This document shows positions 28,644 through 39,586 of a DNA stretch of 64,000 bases, one piece after another (within the stretch, counting starts at the first letter, position 1; each line of letters begins with the position of its first letter). Origin of the DNA: Promethearchaeota archaeon. Its GTDB lineage: Archaea; Asgardarchaeota; Lokiarchaeia; Sigyniarchaeales; SOKP01. The translations under genes were made by a program, and so were the position numbers. The stretch lies in the NCBI GenBank assembly GCA_019057865.1, contig JAHLWP010000007.1:1-64000 (forward strand), given 5' to 3'. Below the pieces are notes generated by a model. It was not told the DNA's origin. It saw only the letters and a program-made list of their open reading frames with translations, and made no database searches.

Positions 28644-31010
28644 TCACAATTTAATAGACCTAACAATTACATCCTTAAATTTCTCTACATCATTAACCAA
28701 TTTATCGGCTTCAGAATCGCTGATTTTGTCATCTTTTCCATACTTATTCAATTGTGTAAGCCAAAACTCAATTCTGTCAAGGATCGCTTTTTCTTTGTCT
28801 CCTAAAAGTTTTCTTAACCTAATAAAAGTATCATGGAGTTTATTTCTAATATTTTGTGCTTTCCATCTTAACATACAATAATCGGAAATTTCAGCTAAAT
28901 TCTGGGTGATTGCCATCAGATCTATTGTTTTTTCACGTTCTTCGCTTTTAATTTTCCTAATTAAATTGATCTCCTCAAATAGGAGCTCTATAACTTTGGC
29001 AAGGAATCCCGTTAGTTGTCCTGCGTGTGCTGTCCAGATTCTAACTTCTAATGATTGATTAGCTTCGGAAACATAAATCCGTGTTATAATACGTCCTCCA
29101 CCGATTTTGGCTTCACTACAATGCCAACTTTCTGCTTCATATTTTCCTTTGGCATCACTTCCCTCATGGGAAGTTACTGTACTTACTTCAAAACGTCTTA
29201 TAGTTCTCACTGCTGATCTAAATGCCAATCGAGAATCTAAGTCTGCGATTAAGAAAGCCCTAGCGTCATTCGGTAAATCTTGAATAGCCAACTGGATATC
29301 CTCGATTGTTGCCAGACAGGAAACGACTAAGGGACATTTTATTTGGATTTCACGTTTTTTTATGTGTATCGTGTTTTTTGCTCCTGAGGCTGTTTTATAA
29401 ATAACTGTTCCTCCGATTGAAGAAATACCGCATTCTTTTGGCTCTAAATAAAAATCGACACCTCTAGAATTTTTGGATTCTATAACAGGTATGCTTATTA
29501 AAGGTTGTTTTATTTTATAGCTACTAGGAACGTCTAAAATCACTTTAACAGAATGAATTGCCATATCAGTTTTATTCCTGACAGCTACTTTAAAGTGTAA
29601 TTGACCCCCGATAAAATCATAATCACGAACTACCTCAATTTTACCTTTATCTGAAGGTTTCGCAGCCTTCGGTTTTGCACGAGATTTTGCTTCTATTGGC
29701 ACACTATATGCTACAAATAATTTTTTATGCATGTCGATGTATCCATCAATATCTCCTTTACCAATTAAAATTGCTAAATTTTCTTCTATACTGGATTCTG
29801 TAACCCCTAATCTGCTTGAAAGTTCTCGTAAAGGCATAGTTCTATAAGCTCTCGCAAATCCTCTTATTTTGGTTTCAAGATATTTACTTGTCATAAATTC
29901 TCTTCGTTGAGTAAAAAGACCCTTCATAGAACCAGTCTTAATTAATTCATGAAGGCTTTTTCTTGCTAATTCTACAGCAATTTTTAATTTTTCAGCAAGT
30001 TTAGAAAGTTCAAATAATCCCTGTTCTTTCGAATAATTTTTAATTTCTTTAAAAATTTGACTTGACGTAATAATTTCATTTCCTCTATCGGCAAAAAACC
30101 CATTTATCTCTTTTGTTCTCATTAAATTAACACAAAAAGACTTTACAAGTTCACTAGGAATATTGAAGATTTTTGCCAGATCTTTAATTGATATTCTGCC
30201 CTTTTTATTGATTTCTTTTATTAAATTATCCATAATATACTGTTGTGTATAATAGTTTGCTTTATCACGTGAAAAAGAGCCTTTTATCTGAAATTGCTTA
30301 ATTAACTTGTATATTACTTTAATTGCTATTTCTGAGCTCATATCTAACATTATTGCTAAATCTGCAACTTTAATAATTCCCTCATTTTGAAATTTTGAAA
30401 GTAAAGTTTCTCTCATTTCAGACGATATGTAATAAAACATTTGACTTTTTTGATCAATAATTCCATAAATCCTTTCTTCATCCAAATATTTATTTATGAA
30501 TTTACTCAATTGTTCAGCTGAAATATTAAAAGAGTTCATTAAAGTTGAGAAATTAGTAGCTGGTCCTCTTTTCAAAAGATCTAGAAAGCAATTTGGGCAA
30601 ATTTCCTTTCCTACTATATGTCGTAATCTTTTATTACATAAAGTTAATCTATTTCCTTTAATAAGATCAAATCTTATAGCTTCTCTTGCGAGTTTCTCTT
30701 TTGATGGGAAGAATAGACCTGGTGTTTTTAAATAAGAATTCCATCCACACTTATTATTGGTACATTGTAAGTAGTACTGCCCAGAAGATAATCTTTCTAA
30801 TCTTAAAAGAGATTTACATTCGGGGCATTCACTATTTTCAACAACAGTACATTTATAATATGTTTCTATTGCTTTTGCTTTTGAATATATAAGGTTATGA
30901 TTTTTACATTCATGGATCTCTGTTGTAGCAATATGATTCATACAAAAACTAGATTTGCATTTCTCGCAAGTAAAATCGATTTTCTGGCTTTCACAGAATA
31001 AACATTTCAT
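28644..31010 (-). CDS. Multidomain protein: Zn fingers + tandem PCI/UFL1/DDRGK-like winged helices + appendage-like beta-sandwich/platform domain
   Basis: AN1-like CxxC..CxxC..FCxxH, Zn ribbons, about five repeats of the type GxIxxxDLAxxLx...GxIxGxxD, then HFKVAVRN...VDFYLEPKECG. Confidence 0.65.
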   Translation of the reverse strand: MKCLFCESQKIDFTCEKCKSSFCMNHIATTEIHECKNHNLIYSKAKAIETYYKCTVVENSECPECKSLLRLERLSSGQYYLQCTNNKCGWNSYLKTPGLFFPSKEKLAREAIRFDLIKGNRLTLCNKRLRHIVGKEICPNCFLDLLKRGPATNFSTLMNSFNISAEQLSKFINKYLDEERIYGIIDQKSQMFYYISSEMRETLLSKFQNEGIIKVADLAIMLDMSSEIAIKVIYKLIKQFQIKGSFSRDKANYYTQQYIMDNLIKEINKKGRISIKDLAKIFNIPSELVKSFCVNLMRTKEINGFFADRGNEIITSSQIFKEIKNYSKEQGLFELSKLAEKLKIAVELARKSLHELIKTGSMKGLFTQRREFMTSKYLETKIRGFARAYRTMPLRELSSRLGVTESSIEENLAILIGKGDIDGYIDMHKKLFVAYSVPIEAKSRAKPKAAKPSDKGKIEVVRDYDFIGGQLHFKVAVRNKTDMAIHSVKVILDVPSSYKIKQPLISIPVIESKNSRGVDFYLEPKECGISSIGGTVIYKTASGAKNTIHIKKREIQIKCPLVVSCLATIEDIQLAIQDLPNDARAFLIADLDSRLAFRSAVRTIRRFEVSTVTSHEGSDAKGKYEAESWHCSEAKIGGGRIITRIYVSEANQSLEVRIWTAHAGQLTGFLAKVIELLFEEINLIRKIKSEEREKTIDLMAITQNLAEISDYCMLRWKAQNIRNKLHDTFIRLRKLLGDKEKAILDRIEFWLTQLNKYGKDDKISDSEADKLVNDVEKFKDVIVRSIKL

Positions 31011-31235
31011 ATTACCTAATCATCCTTTATAAAAATTAAAAGTTATAAAATTTGTTATAATATATATAAAAATACTGGTATAAATTATTAACATAGACCA
31101 ACTGTTAATTTTGAATTATTAATAGATTTTTAATTTTTTGTTTTACCTAATTGAATCGCATCTGAAATAGCTAAAAAATTACTTTCAGAAAAAATAAAAT
31201 CTTATTCCTCAATAATAGAGTAGGTATATATTTCA

Positions 31236-31964
31236 TTAAAATTTAACTTCGGGGAAAACACGAATCTGTAGAAAAGATAAAATCATAACGATAGTATTGA
31301 AAACAATTATAATTAAAATCATAATTATTAAAATCTTATTTTTTCTAGAATAGTCCGGTTTTATAATCTGAGATGTTCCATGTTTTGCTAAAGCTAAAGG
31401 AAACAAACCTATAAACGTGCCTAGTGAAAAATAAAAAACAATAAAAAATCCATCAATAAACCCAAAATCGGCACTTAATGAATATTGCAAAATCTGGGAA
31501 TATATAATCAACTCAAAAATACATGGAGCAAATCCTGCTAAGATTCCAAAAAGATATGGTGTTTTCTTTTTCTCCCAATCAAACTGAAAAATCTCATCTT
31601 TGTATTTTGAATGAGGTATATAATCCCTTCTTATAATAAAAAATAATAAAATAAATCCTGCAAACATCGAGGTAACTGCTCCAAAAAAATTAATAGTATA
31701 AACATCAGGAATTATATCAGGAACAAAAATTTTAGGAATAAGAGTAATAGAAATTGTTATTGTCGCTATTATTAAATTGGAAGACATCAAACCTAATCCA
31801 TACAACACTAATATGAATAAACTTCTTTGAGGTGTTTTTGATATACCAAATGACCAAAAAAAGAAAATTGCCTTATCTTCACATGGTATTAAAGTATGCA
31901 ATATTCCTAAAAAGAATGCAGGTGTAAAAACTAAGATTAATGGAGGTGGATAAAATTCAAACAT
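31236..31964 (-). CDS. NicO/RcnA/DsbD_2-like membrane protein (possible metal transporter)
   Basis: LGILHTLIPCEDK and GFAPCIFE motifs; about 6 TM segments. Confidence 0.55.
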   Translation of the reverse strand: MFEFYPPPLILVFTPAFFLGILHTLIPCEDKAIFFFWSFGISKTPQRSLFILVLYGLGLMSSNLIIATITISITLIPKIFVPDIIPDVYTINFFGAVTSMFAGFILLFFIIRRDYIPHSKYKDEIFQFDWEKKKTPYLFGILAGFAPCIFELIIYSQILQYSLSADFGFIDGFFIVFYFSLGTFIGLFPLALAKHGTSQIIKPDYSRKNKILIIMILIIIVFNTIVMILSFLQIRVFPEVKF

Positions 31965-32083
31965 TTCTCTTATGAAGATTCAATTTTTCAATTTTTATAG
32001 CATTTTCTTTTCTGTGAATATATTTTCAAGGATCATATTTAGATTTTTTTATCATATTAAAAGGAAGTTCATAATCATAAATC

Positions 32084-33346
32084 TTAATCTCCTTTTAAGC
32101 ATTGTTTACTTATTCCATAAAATATTAAAATTAGGAATAAAGTGGGGACAAAATTAATTGGAAACCAATCTTGAGTAAAAAACCAAATTCCCATAAAAGC
32201 CAAATCAAAAAAAATTAAGAAAAAGAAACTAGGTTTAATAAAATTTTTTGTTATTTCAGAATGTCGTGGTAAATTAAATATTATTATAATTAAGATTGGC
32301 GTTAGAATTAAGAGGTGATGATCCCAGGAATCAAAATATACTAATAACATAATTAAAATACTAAACAAATAGCCATAAATGATAGAGAATTGGTTTTTTA
32401 TTCTTAAAATATAAATTAAAAAACCTAAACCACCAATAACAATAATCATAATTAATAGAATTAATATATGATTACAAGGAATGCTGTAAAAAACGCAGAA
32501 GTTATTAATTAATTTTGTTATACTAAATGAATGATTTAATAATTTTGCCTCGGAACCAGTAAGATTAATTGTTAAAAATGCTCCCCATAACTTTGGATAC
32601 AGTAAAAATATAATAGAATTCAGTAATATTGGAATTATTACTCCAATTAATCGAACTATAGTTGTTGAGAAATTAAAAACGATCTTTTTCCTTTTTAAAT
32701 CTAAACTTAAAACTATTAGAAATGGTATCATAAAAACCATTATAGGTTTTACTATAATACTTATTCCTAGTATAATGCTTGCTATTAAATCCCATTTAAT
32801 TTTATTATGCTTCAAAAAAATAAAAAGTGAAATTAAGATCATTAGAGCTATATACAAATTAATTTGACCTAAAATATAATTGAAGAGATTAGGTAGACTC
32901 ATTAGATATAAGCTAATATATAAAATTACTCTTTTTTCATCTTTTTCATCTTTTTCATGGTTTTCATCACGAATTAAAAGAATTAGCTTATACAGAATTA
33001 TACAGATTAAAATATTTAAAAATAAATTAATAATGTTAAAAAAAATGAACCCTAAGTCAAAACCAAGTAGATAAAAAGGTACAAATAAGATAGCAGATAA
33101 TGGTAAATACCGAAATGGCCACTTATAGTTTGCTGGATTATAAAGATCGTTTATATCATTAATAAATACTTTACCAACTTTATAATAAACTAAGAAATCA
33201 TTTTTATCTCTAAGAAAAATTAGGGTTAATATGATTGATAATATAAAGTAGAATCCATGAACAATTATTGCATATCTAAATATTTTATGTTGCCAAAGCT
33301 CTCTTAATCTTCTTTTTATTCTAAATAAATCCTCTTTTAAATTCAT
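32084..33346 (-). CDS. GT-C glycosyltransferase family 87 (DUF2029)
   Basis: DFLVYY, FRYLP, GQIN, IVKP, SWDHH; polytopic membrane protein. Confidence 0.8.
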   Translation of the reverse strand: MNLKEDLFRIKRRLRELWQHKIFRYAIIVHGFYFILSIILTLIFLRDKNDFLVYYKVGKVFINDINDLYNPANYKWPFRYLPLSAILFVPFYLLGFDLGFIFFNIINLFLNILICIILYKLILLIRDENHEKDEKDEKRVILYISLYLMSLPNLFNYILGQINLYIALMILISLFIFLKHNKIKWDLIASIILGISIIVKPIMVFMIPFLIVLSLDLKRKKIVFNFSTTIVRLIGVIIPILLNSIIFLLYPKLWGAFLTINLTGSEAKLLNHSFSITKLINNFCVFYSIPCNHILILLIMIIVIGGLGFLIYILRIKNQFSIIYGYLFSILIMLLVYFDSWDHHLLILTPILIIIIFNLPRHSEITKNFIKPSFFFLIFFDLAFMGIWFFTQDWFPINFVPTLFLILIFYGISKQCLKGD

Positions 33347-33367
33347 ATCTTAATTACCAGAAATTAA

Positions 33368-34117
33368 TTATGAATTAATCACGCGTTTTCTTTTTCTTAT
33401 TATGTAAAATATAATACCAAGAGAAAATATAACTGATAAAATTATTAATGTTGGAATTACATACCAAGGCAAGTAATCAAGGGAAATGTCAAGTATTACT
33501 ACATTATCCTTAATATATAGTTTATAGGAGTTTAACGCTCCATTATCATTATAAATAGCAATAATTTTAATATTTTTAGTTGGATTTCCTGGTGATATCT
33601 CATTCTTTCCTATTTCTACATTCAGCGTGGGTAATACCCTATTATCAACATCATACCATTTATATAGATTTAGTCCTCCCATATATTCACCAACAGGTGT
33701 AGGAAACCAGAATGGTACTAAAGATTTATAATTTGAGAAATTTAACTCTTCAGTGTAATCTTTTGGATTAGAAAGATAGACTATTGTAGAATTACTATCG
33801 ATAGTTCCCCAGTCTACTTCATTTGTCCACTTCCAAATACTAAATTCTATTTTTATATGCGTTTCATTAACCTCTGAATTATTTATCTCCCACCTCATTT
33901 TTGTACCTTTACTTATATTTTCAAATATCCCTGAATCATCCCAAAGATCAAAAGTAGCATCCATCTCAGATTTTTTACATACATTACATTTCCATACTAA
34001 TTTATCGTCTATTCCTATTCCAGTGCTAAATTTCTTAGCATTTACCATTGATATTATTGTAGTCATGCACAATAAAATTATTAATATTAAGCAGATGAGA
34101 GATAATTTTGGTTTCAA
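33368..34117 (-). CDS. Secreted protein with signal peptide and C-terminal membrane anchor
   Basis: N-terminal hydrophobic signal (..VNA|), several NxS/T sequons, C-terminal TM followed by RKRKR. Confidence 0.7.
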   Translation of the reverse strand: MKPKLSLICLILIILLCMTTIISMVNAKKFSTGIGIDDKLVWKCNVCKKSEMDATFDLWDDSGIFENISKGTKMRWEINNSEVNETHIKIEFSIWKWTNEVDWGTIDSNSTIVYLSNPKDYTEELNFSNYKSLVPFWFPTPVGEYMGGLNLYKWYDVDNRVLPTLNVEIGKNEISPGNPTKNIKIIAIYNDNGALNSYKLYIKDNVVILDISLDYLPWYVIPTLIILSVIFSLGIIFYIIRKRKRVINS

Positions 34118-34120
34118 ATC

Positions 34121-35386
34121 TTAGACTCCTCCATTTATATCAAAATCAAGATTCTCTCTTTTCTTTAACAAACAGAATTTACTTATTCCATAGAAAGTTA
34201 TCAACAAAAAGATGGTACATTCAAAATTATATGGAAATAATGGATATGTAAGATACCATATTCCAACGAAAGCTAAATCAAAAAAACTAAAGAAGAAAAA
34301 GCCAGGTTTAATAGAGTTAGTAATATGTGAATGTCTAGGTAAATTAAAAATAATTATTATTAATATTGGTGTTAAATTTAGAAGGTGATGATCCCACGAA
34401 TCAAAATATGAAAGTAACATGATTAAAATAGCAAATGTATAACCATAAATAATTGAATTTTCGTCAAATCTTCTAAATATGAAAATTAGGAAACCCAATG
34501 CACCTAAGAATCCAACAATGCTTATTAATATAATTAATTGACTAAATGGAATGTTGTAAAAATAGCAAAAATTAGTTATAAGTTTGGAAATACTATATGA
34601 GAAATTTAAGGCTATAGGATTACTTCCTGTAAAGTTAGTCTCTAAAAAGCCTTTCCATAATTTTGGGTACATAAAAAAAACTATAAAATTCAATGACAGT
34701 GGTAATAATACACCTAATAATCTTACCATACTCTTAATAAAATCAAAATTAATCTGTTTTTTGGCTAAATCAAAACTAAATATAATTAAAAATGGAATTA
34801 AGAAAAATGCTGTAGGTTTTATAATAATACTGATTCCTAAAATAACACTTCCTATAAATTGCCACTTAATATTTTTAAATTTAATAAAAATATAAAGAGA
34901 TATTAATATAAATAAGGTTATATATAAATTTATTTGACCATAGATATAATTCAAGACATGTGGTAAGCTCATTAAATATAAACTAATATATAAAATAACC
35001 CTTTTATCATCTTTTTCATGATCCTCATTTCTAACGATAATTATGATTTTGTAAAGAACTACACAAATCAAAATATTTAGGAATAGATTAAATAGATTAA
35101 AAATTATGAAACTAACTTTAAAATCTAAAAAGCCAAAAGGAATAAAAAATAGTGCGGAAAGTGGAAAATAACGAAAATCCCATAAATAATTCGATTGATT
35201 ATACAAATTTTCAGTATCATTCAGAAATATTTCTCCAACTCTATAGAAGATTATGAAATCATTTTTTTCTTGAAAAAACATAAAAAATAAAATAATTGAC
35301 AGAATGAAATAAAAACTATGAAGTACAATAGCATATCGGAAAATATTATACTTACAAAGCTCTTTAATTCTATTTAATATTTTCAA
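34121..35386 (-). CDS. GT-C glycosyltransferase family 87 (paralogue)
   Basis: DFIIFY, FRYFP, GQIN, IIKP, SWDHH. Confidence 0.8.
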   Translation of the reverse strand: MKILNRIKELCKYNIFRYAIVLHSFYFILSIILFFMFFQEKNDFIIFYRVGEIFLNDTENLYNQSNYLWDFRYFPLSALFFIPFGFLDFKVSFIIFNLFNLFLNILICVVLYKIIIIVRNEDHEKDDKRVILYISLYLMSLPHVLNYIYGQINLYITLFILISLYIFIKFKNIKWQFIGSVILGISIIIKPTAFFLIPFLIIFSFDLAKKQINFDFIKSMVRLLGVLLPLSLNFIVFFMYPKLWKGFLETNFTGSNPIALNFSYSISKLITNFCYFYNIPFSQLIILISIVGFLGALGFLIFIFRRFDENSIIYGYTFAILIMLLSYFDSWDHHLLNLTPILIIIIFNLPRHSHITNSIKPGFFFFSFFDLAFVGIWYLTYPLFPYNFECTIFLLITFYGISKFCLLKKRENLDFDINGGV

Positions 35387-35471
35387 ATTAACAAATAATT
35401 ATTTTGATTTTAAATTCTTAAATTAAATTATTAAAATAAAATTATATGATTTCAAATAACTGTTGATATAA

Positions 35472-36908
35472 ATGTCTTTTGTAAGAAAAAATGATACTGA
35501 TAAAAAAACGTCTTTCGGAGTAATAGTTGGAAATAGAGATGTCTTTCCTGATCATTTAGTAAAGGAAGGTAGAAAAGATATTATAGACGTAATGAACGAA
35601 TTAGAATATAAATTTGTTATTCTAGATGAAGAAGATACTCCTCTAGGAGCGGTTGAGACATATTCAGATGCGAAGAAATGTGCAGAACTTTTTAAAAAGA
35701 ATTCTGATAAAATTTTAGGTATAATTTTATGTCTTTGTAATTTTGGAGATGAGAAAGCCGTAGCCAACACTATAAAATTATCAGAACTTGATGTTCCAAT
35801 CCTAATACAAGCATCATCAGATGATATAAACAAAATGGATAGGTCCTCTAGAAGAGATGCTTTCTGCGGAAAGATTTCAGTAACGAGTGTGTTATATCAA
35901 TATGGAATTCCTTTCACTCTTACTTCAAATCATACATGTGTAATTAAATCTGATGAATTTAAGAAGGATTTAATACGATTTGAGAAAATTTGTAAAGTTG
36001 TTAGGAAAATTAGAAGGGCTAGGTTCGGACAGATCGGTACTCGACCTAATGCATTTGAAACCGTGAGATATAGTGAAAAAATTCTTGCATTTAATGGAAT
36101 TTCTATCGAACTTATCGATTTATCTGAAATTTTAGCAGCAATTCAAAAATTAAAAGATGATGATCCTAAAGTTAAAGATAAAATTGAATTCATTAAAAAT
36201 TATACTCCCACTAAAGAATTCCCTAAGGATGGGTTATTAAAATTAGCTAAATTGGCTGTGATCGTTGAAACTTGGGTTCTTGAACTTGACTTAGATGGAT
36301 TCGCCTTTCAGTGTTGGCCTTCTATAGTTTCTAATTTCGGCATCGTCCCATGCGCGGTCATGAGCATGTTTAGTGAAGGGTTGGTACCTGCTGCTTGTGA
36401 AGTTGATATCTCAGGATTAATTGGCATGTATATTCTTCAAGTAGCTACTAATACCCCTTCTGCGATTGTCGACTGGAATAACAATTACGGAGATGATCCT
36501 AATAAAATGGTATTATTTCACTGTAGTAATTTACCCAAATCGTTCTTTCAAGATACCAAAATGACGGTCCATCCTATTATGGCAGAATACGATGGCGAAG
36601 AAAATACATTTGGCGCGATACAAGGAAAGATTAAGACGAAACCTTGTACAATGCTCAGAATAGAAACCGATGATATTTTTGGAGAAATAAAAGCAATAGT
36701 TGTAGAAGGAAAATTTACTGATGATCCTCTTGATACATATGGAGGATATGGTGTCATTGAGATTCCAAATTTACAAGAATTACTAAAGAAATTATGTCGT
36801 AGTGGATTTGCTCATCATGTAGCCGTTTCCCTAAATGAAGTTGGAGATATTGTTTATGAAGCTCTATTTACTTATCTCGGATGGGATATAGATTTCTTTA
36901 ATAAATAA
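35472..36908 (+). CDS. L-fucose/L-arabinose isomerase family protein (3' part probably element-derived)
   Basis: NFGDE, RRDAFCGKIS, FQCWP, AACEVD, FHCSN, GFAHHV. Confidence 0.88.
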   Translation: MSFVRKNDTDKKTSFGVIVGNRDVFPDHLVKEGRKDIIDVMNELEYKFVILDEEDTPLGAVETYSDAKKCAELFKKNSDKILGIILCLCNFGDEKAVANTIKLSELDVPILIQASSDDINKMDRSSRRDAFCGKISVTSVLYQYGIPFTLTSNHTCVIKSDEFKKDLIRFEKICKVVRKIRRARFGQIGTRPNAFETVRYSEKILAFNGISIELIDLSEILAAIQKLKDDDPKVKDKIEFIKNYTPTKEFPKDGLLKLAKLAVIVETWVLELDLDGFAFQCWPSIVSNFGIVPCAVMSMFSEGLVPAACEVDISGLIGMYILQVATNTPSAIVDWNNNYGDDPNKMVLFHCSNLPKSFFQDTKMTVHPIMAEYDGEENTFGAIQGKIKTKPCTMLRIETDDIFGEIKAIVVEGKFTDDPLDTYGGYGVIEIPNLQELLKKLCRSGFAHHVAVSLNEVGDIVYEALFTYLGWDIDFFNK

Positions 36909-36957
36909 ACCATTTTCATCTTCATTTTTCTAATTAAATAATGCAAGCTTGAATCTA

Positions 36958-39582
36958 TTAATCAGGATATATATTTTCTTTTAAATAATATCTAAAATAC
37001 CAATACCAAAATTCAGGCTTTTTACAGTTTGAATTTTTTTGCCTAAATAAATCCATATCTCTTAAAAGTAGCTTATAATGATAATTATAAAAATTCGGAT
37101 AAAAATTTTTATAGAACTCTTTATCTGATAAGATTTTACGTGCTTTCCATCTTTTAATCCACTCTTCGATTAATTTTTCAGGAAACTTATTCCATATCTT
37201 AATCTCTTGGCCATCAATCAATATAGTCTCCTTTTTAAATTCCGATTTAATTATATGATCATAATTTTTACGAATATTGTTAATATTTAGTATTCTATAA
37301 AGATGTTTCATTCGAGCATTCAACAACACTTTATTCTTGTTAAATTCCTCTTTATATGCATGAATCTTCCAATGAGATTTTGAAGCAAGAAGTATTATTT
37401 TAAATGTGAAATCCGAAGAATTGTAATCAAAGATTAAATAATATTTCTGATCTTCATCCAGATGATGGCGTGTTATATAAAGCACATATCGCCCCTTTAT
37501 AATTTGACCATCCTTAGTGACAAAAGGATGTGCATCCTCTATAAAATCTTTATCATAAACATCCAATCCTAAACTTAGATCTAATAGTTCTTTGCGCTGA
37601 ATACCTCTTAAATCAATAAAGTGTTTTTCATACACCCTCCAATGTGGATTATTGATATGTGTCTTAATCCTATATATAGCATTATGACATGCTCCAGGAG
37701 CTTTAAAGAATCCTTTTCTAATTTCTTTAATTAATCTTGTACCCTCAGTTTTAGCTAAAATATATCCATTTCTAAACTTGCCAGTAAGAAAATCTCGAGA
37801 ATTTGTTTTAGAAATCAATCTACTTAAATCTGTATAATCATAAACAAAATCACTATTCTTATTACTTCTTCCTCTTTCTATCTTAGTTAACGCTAATAAT
37901 GAATGGATTACAATATCAAACAATTCTCTATTATCAGTATTGACTATTCGCCTTGAATATTTCGACTCACATAATTCTTTTATCATATTCCTATTTTTCA
38001 TTTCCTTAAAAATAAGATTACGACATTCCGCTTTAAGATCGCTAATATTCACGCCATCTTTAAAATCAAATCTCTCCTTATTAATCAAATGTATACTAGT
38101 AAGCAAATTGAAATATTTTGCATAATGTTCAGGACCTCCTTCACCCCTTTCCCCTCTTCTATATTCTAAATCAAAAATATATGCACGGCTTTTTCCCAAT
38201 ATTTGTGAGAGCCAAGATTTTCCTCCTCCTCCTTTAATATACTTGTTAAAAACAGAGACTAAAATATTCAGAAAATCTTTATTGTACTTCTTTTCGTGGT
38301 AATCAGTTAAGACTCCCGAAAAAGAATTATAAATCTCAGGATGATTTGAGAAAATTTCTATGTGCTCACATATTTTTTTAAAAGTTGTTGGACGAACATT
38401 CATATCAAGAGGTTTATTCCTTGGTAATTCAAGTTGATACGACCATCTTTTTGCTGTATCTAAACTGATACCCAGAATCTTAGAAATATCAGTTGCGACA
38501 ATACGGTTTTTAAAACGGCGTAGACTTGTTCCTCCTGTGATATTAAGGTTAAGTTTATTTGTTGTGGTTTTCTCAAACTCCACAAGTTCAATCTCACACT
38601 CATAAATTAAATTTATTAAGCTCTTTATCAACTTAGTATCAAGATTATCATTTTTATTATAATTATATATCTTTTTTTTATTGCCGTTATATTTGTCTTT
38701 ATACAAAACTCTTATATCTTCACTTCTTTTTTCTTGTCTTTTAATATCAGATTTAGTAAATTTCATCGTTAATCCCTCAGTATAAAATTCATGATAAGAA
38801 GAAAACCGATCAAATGCAGTTATTTTAGCCTTCTTAATTTCTTTGCTTTCAGGATTCAATCCAAGAAGGCAACGGCATGTTCCAACATTTAGGATTTGAT
38901 CATAATTACTCTTGATTTCTTTTAAAGTCATTTCATACTTATTTTCTGGCGAATTTATGATCTCATTATGTTTTAATATATAGTTTTGCCAATCTCTCAA
39001 ATAATTCTGGAGGCTTTTAGATAGTGCTCGAAGATTTTGATGATCAGTGAGGACTTCAGAATGAGTTCTTAAATGCTTAAGTATCCTCGTATACTGGATT
39101 GTAATTTCATCCATTCCATTTTTAATTACCTTATTCACGAGATTTGGTTTGGAAGTTCCTCCTTTTTTAATTGCTTTAATCTGTTTCTTGGTCAATTGTT
39201 TAAGATACGTATTTGAAATCACATCCATATAACGTGAAACTATGGGCGCTCCCCTTCCCACTGTGATGCAATATACCCATCCTTCTATAAACAAGCTAAT
39301 TTCATCGGGGAATTTTGATTTTACTCCTTCGAGTAATGCACTTGGTGGGAGTCCTGCTTTATCAAACAAGCAAGCTAAGGCAGCATCAACAAAATCACCA
39401 ATCCTTTCATCAACATAGACTAAAGGAATGTGATGTATCTTACATTTTGGATATTTGTCAAAACCTAAGAACCTAAATTTAAGTGGCTTAACTCGTGTCA
39501 TATGTTCGCATCCAAAATTTGGGCAAATTGCTACTCGATCCTCTCCCACGGTTTTCCGTGATACGTTTGTGTATGCCTTCAT
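36958..39582 (-). CDS. 874-aa protein: Zn-binding N-terminal domain, HTH-like middle, HNH-like C-terminal motif
   Basis: CPNFGC...CKIHH; ATDISKILGISLDTAKRW and KSWLSQILGKSRAYI HTH-like segments; RHHLDED...IILLASKSHWKIH. Confidence 0.6.
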   Translation of the reverse strand: MKAYTNVSRKTVGEDRVAICPNFGCEHMTRVKPLKFRFLGFDKYPKCKIHHIPLVYVDERIGDFVDAALACLFDKAGLPPSALLEGVKSKFPDEISLFIEGWVYCITVGRGAPIVSRYMDVISNTYLKQLTKKQIKAIKKGGTSKPNLVNKVIKNGMDEITIQYTRILKHLRTHSEVLTDHQNLRALSKSLQNYLRDWQNYILKHNEIINSPENKYEMTLKEIKSNYDQILNVGTCRCLLGLNPESKEIKKAKITAFDRFSSYHEFYTEGLTMKFTKSDIKRQEKRSEDIRVLYKDKYNGNKKKIYNYNKNDNLDTKLIKSLINLIYECEIELVEFEKTTTNKLNLNITGGTSLRRFKNRIVATDISKILGISLDTAKRWSYQLELPRNKPLDMNVRPTTFKKICEHIEIFSNHPEIYNSFSGVLTDYHEKKYNKDFLNILVSVFNKYIKGGGGKSWLSQILGKSRAYIFDLEYRRGERGEGGPEHYAKYFNLLTSIHLINKERFDFKDGVNISDLKAECRNLIFKEMKNRNMIKELCESKYSRRIVNTDNRELFDIVIHSLLALTKIERGRSNKNSDFVYDYTDLSRLISKTNSRDFLTGKFRNGYILAKTEGTRLIKEIRKGFFKAPGACHNAIYRIKTHINNPHWRVYEKHFIDLRGIQRKELLDLSLGLDVYDKDFIEDAHPFVTKDGQIIKGRYVLYITRHHLDEDQKYYLIFDYNSSDFTFKIILLASKSHWKIHAYKEEFNKNKVLLNARMKHLYRILNINNIRKNYDHIIKSEFKKETILIDGQEIKIWNKFPEKLIEEWIKRWKARKILSDKEFYKNFYPNFYNYHYKLLLRDMDLFRQKNSNCKKPEFWYWYFRYYLKENIYPD

Positions 39583-39586
39583 GAAG

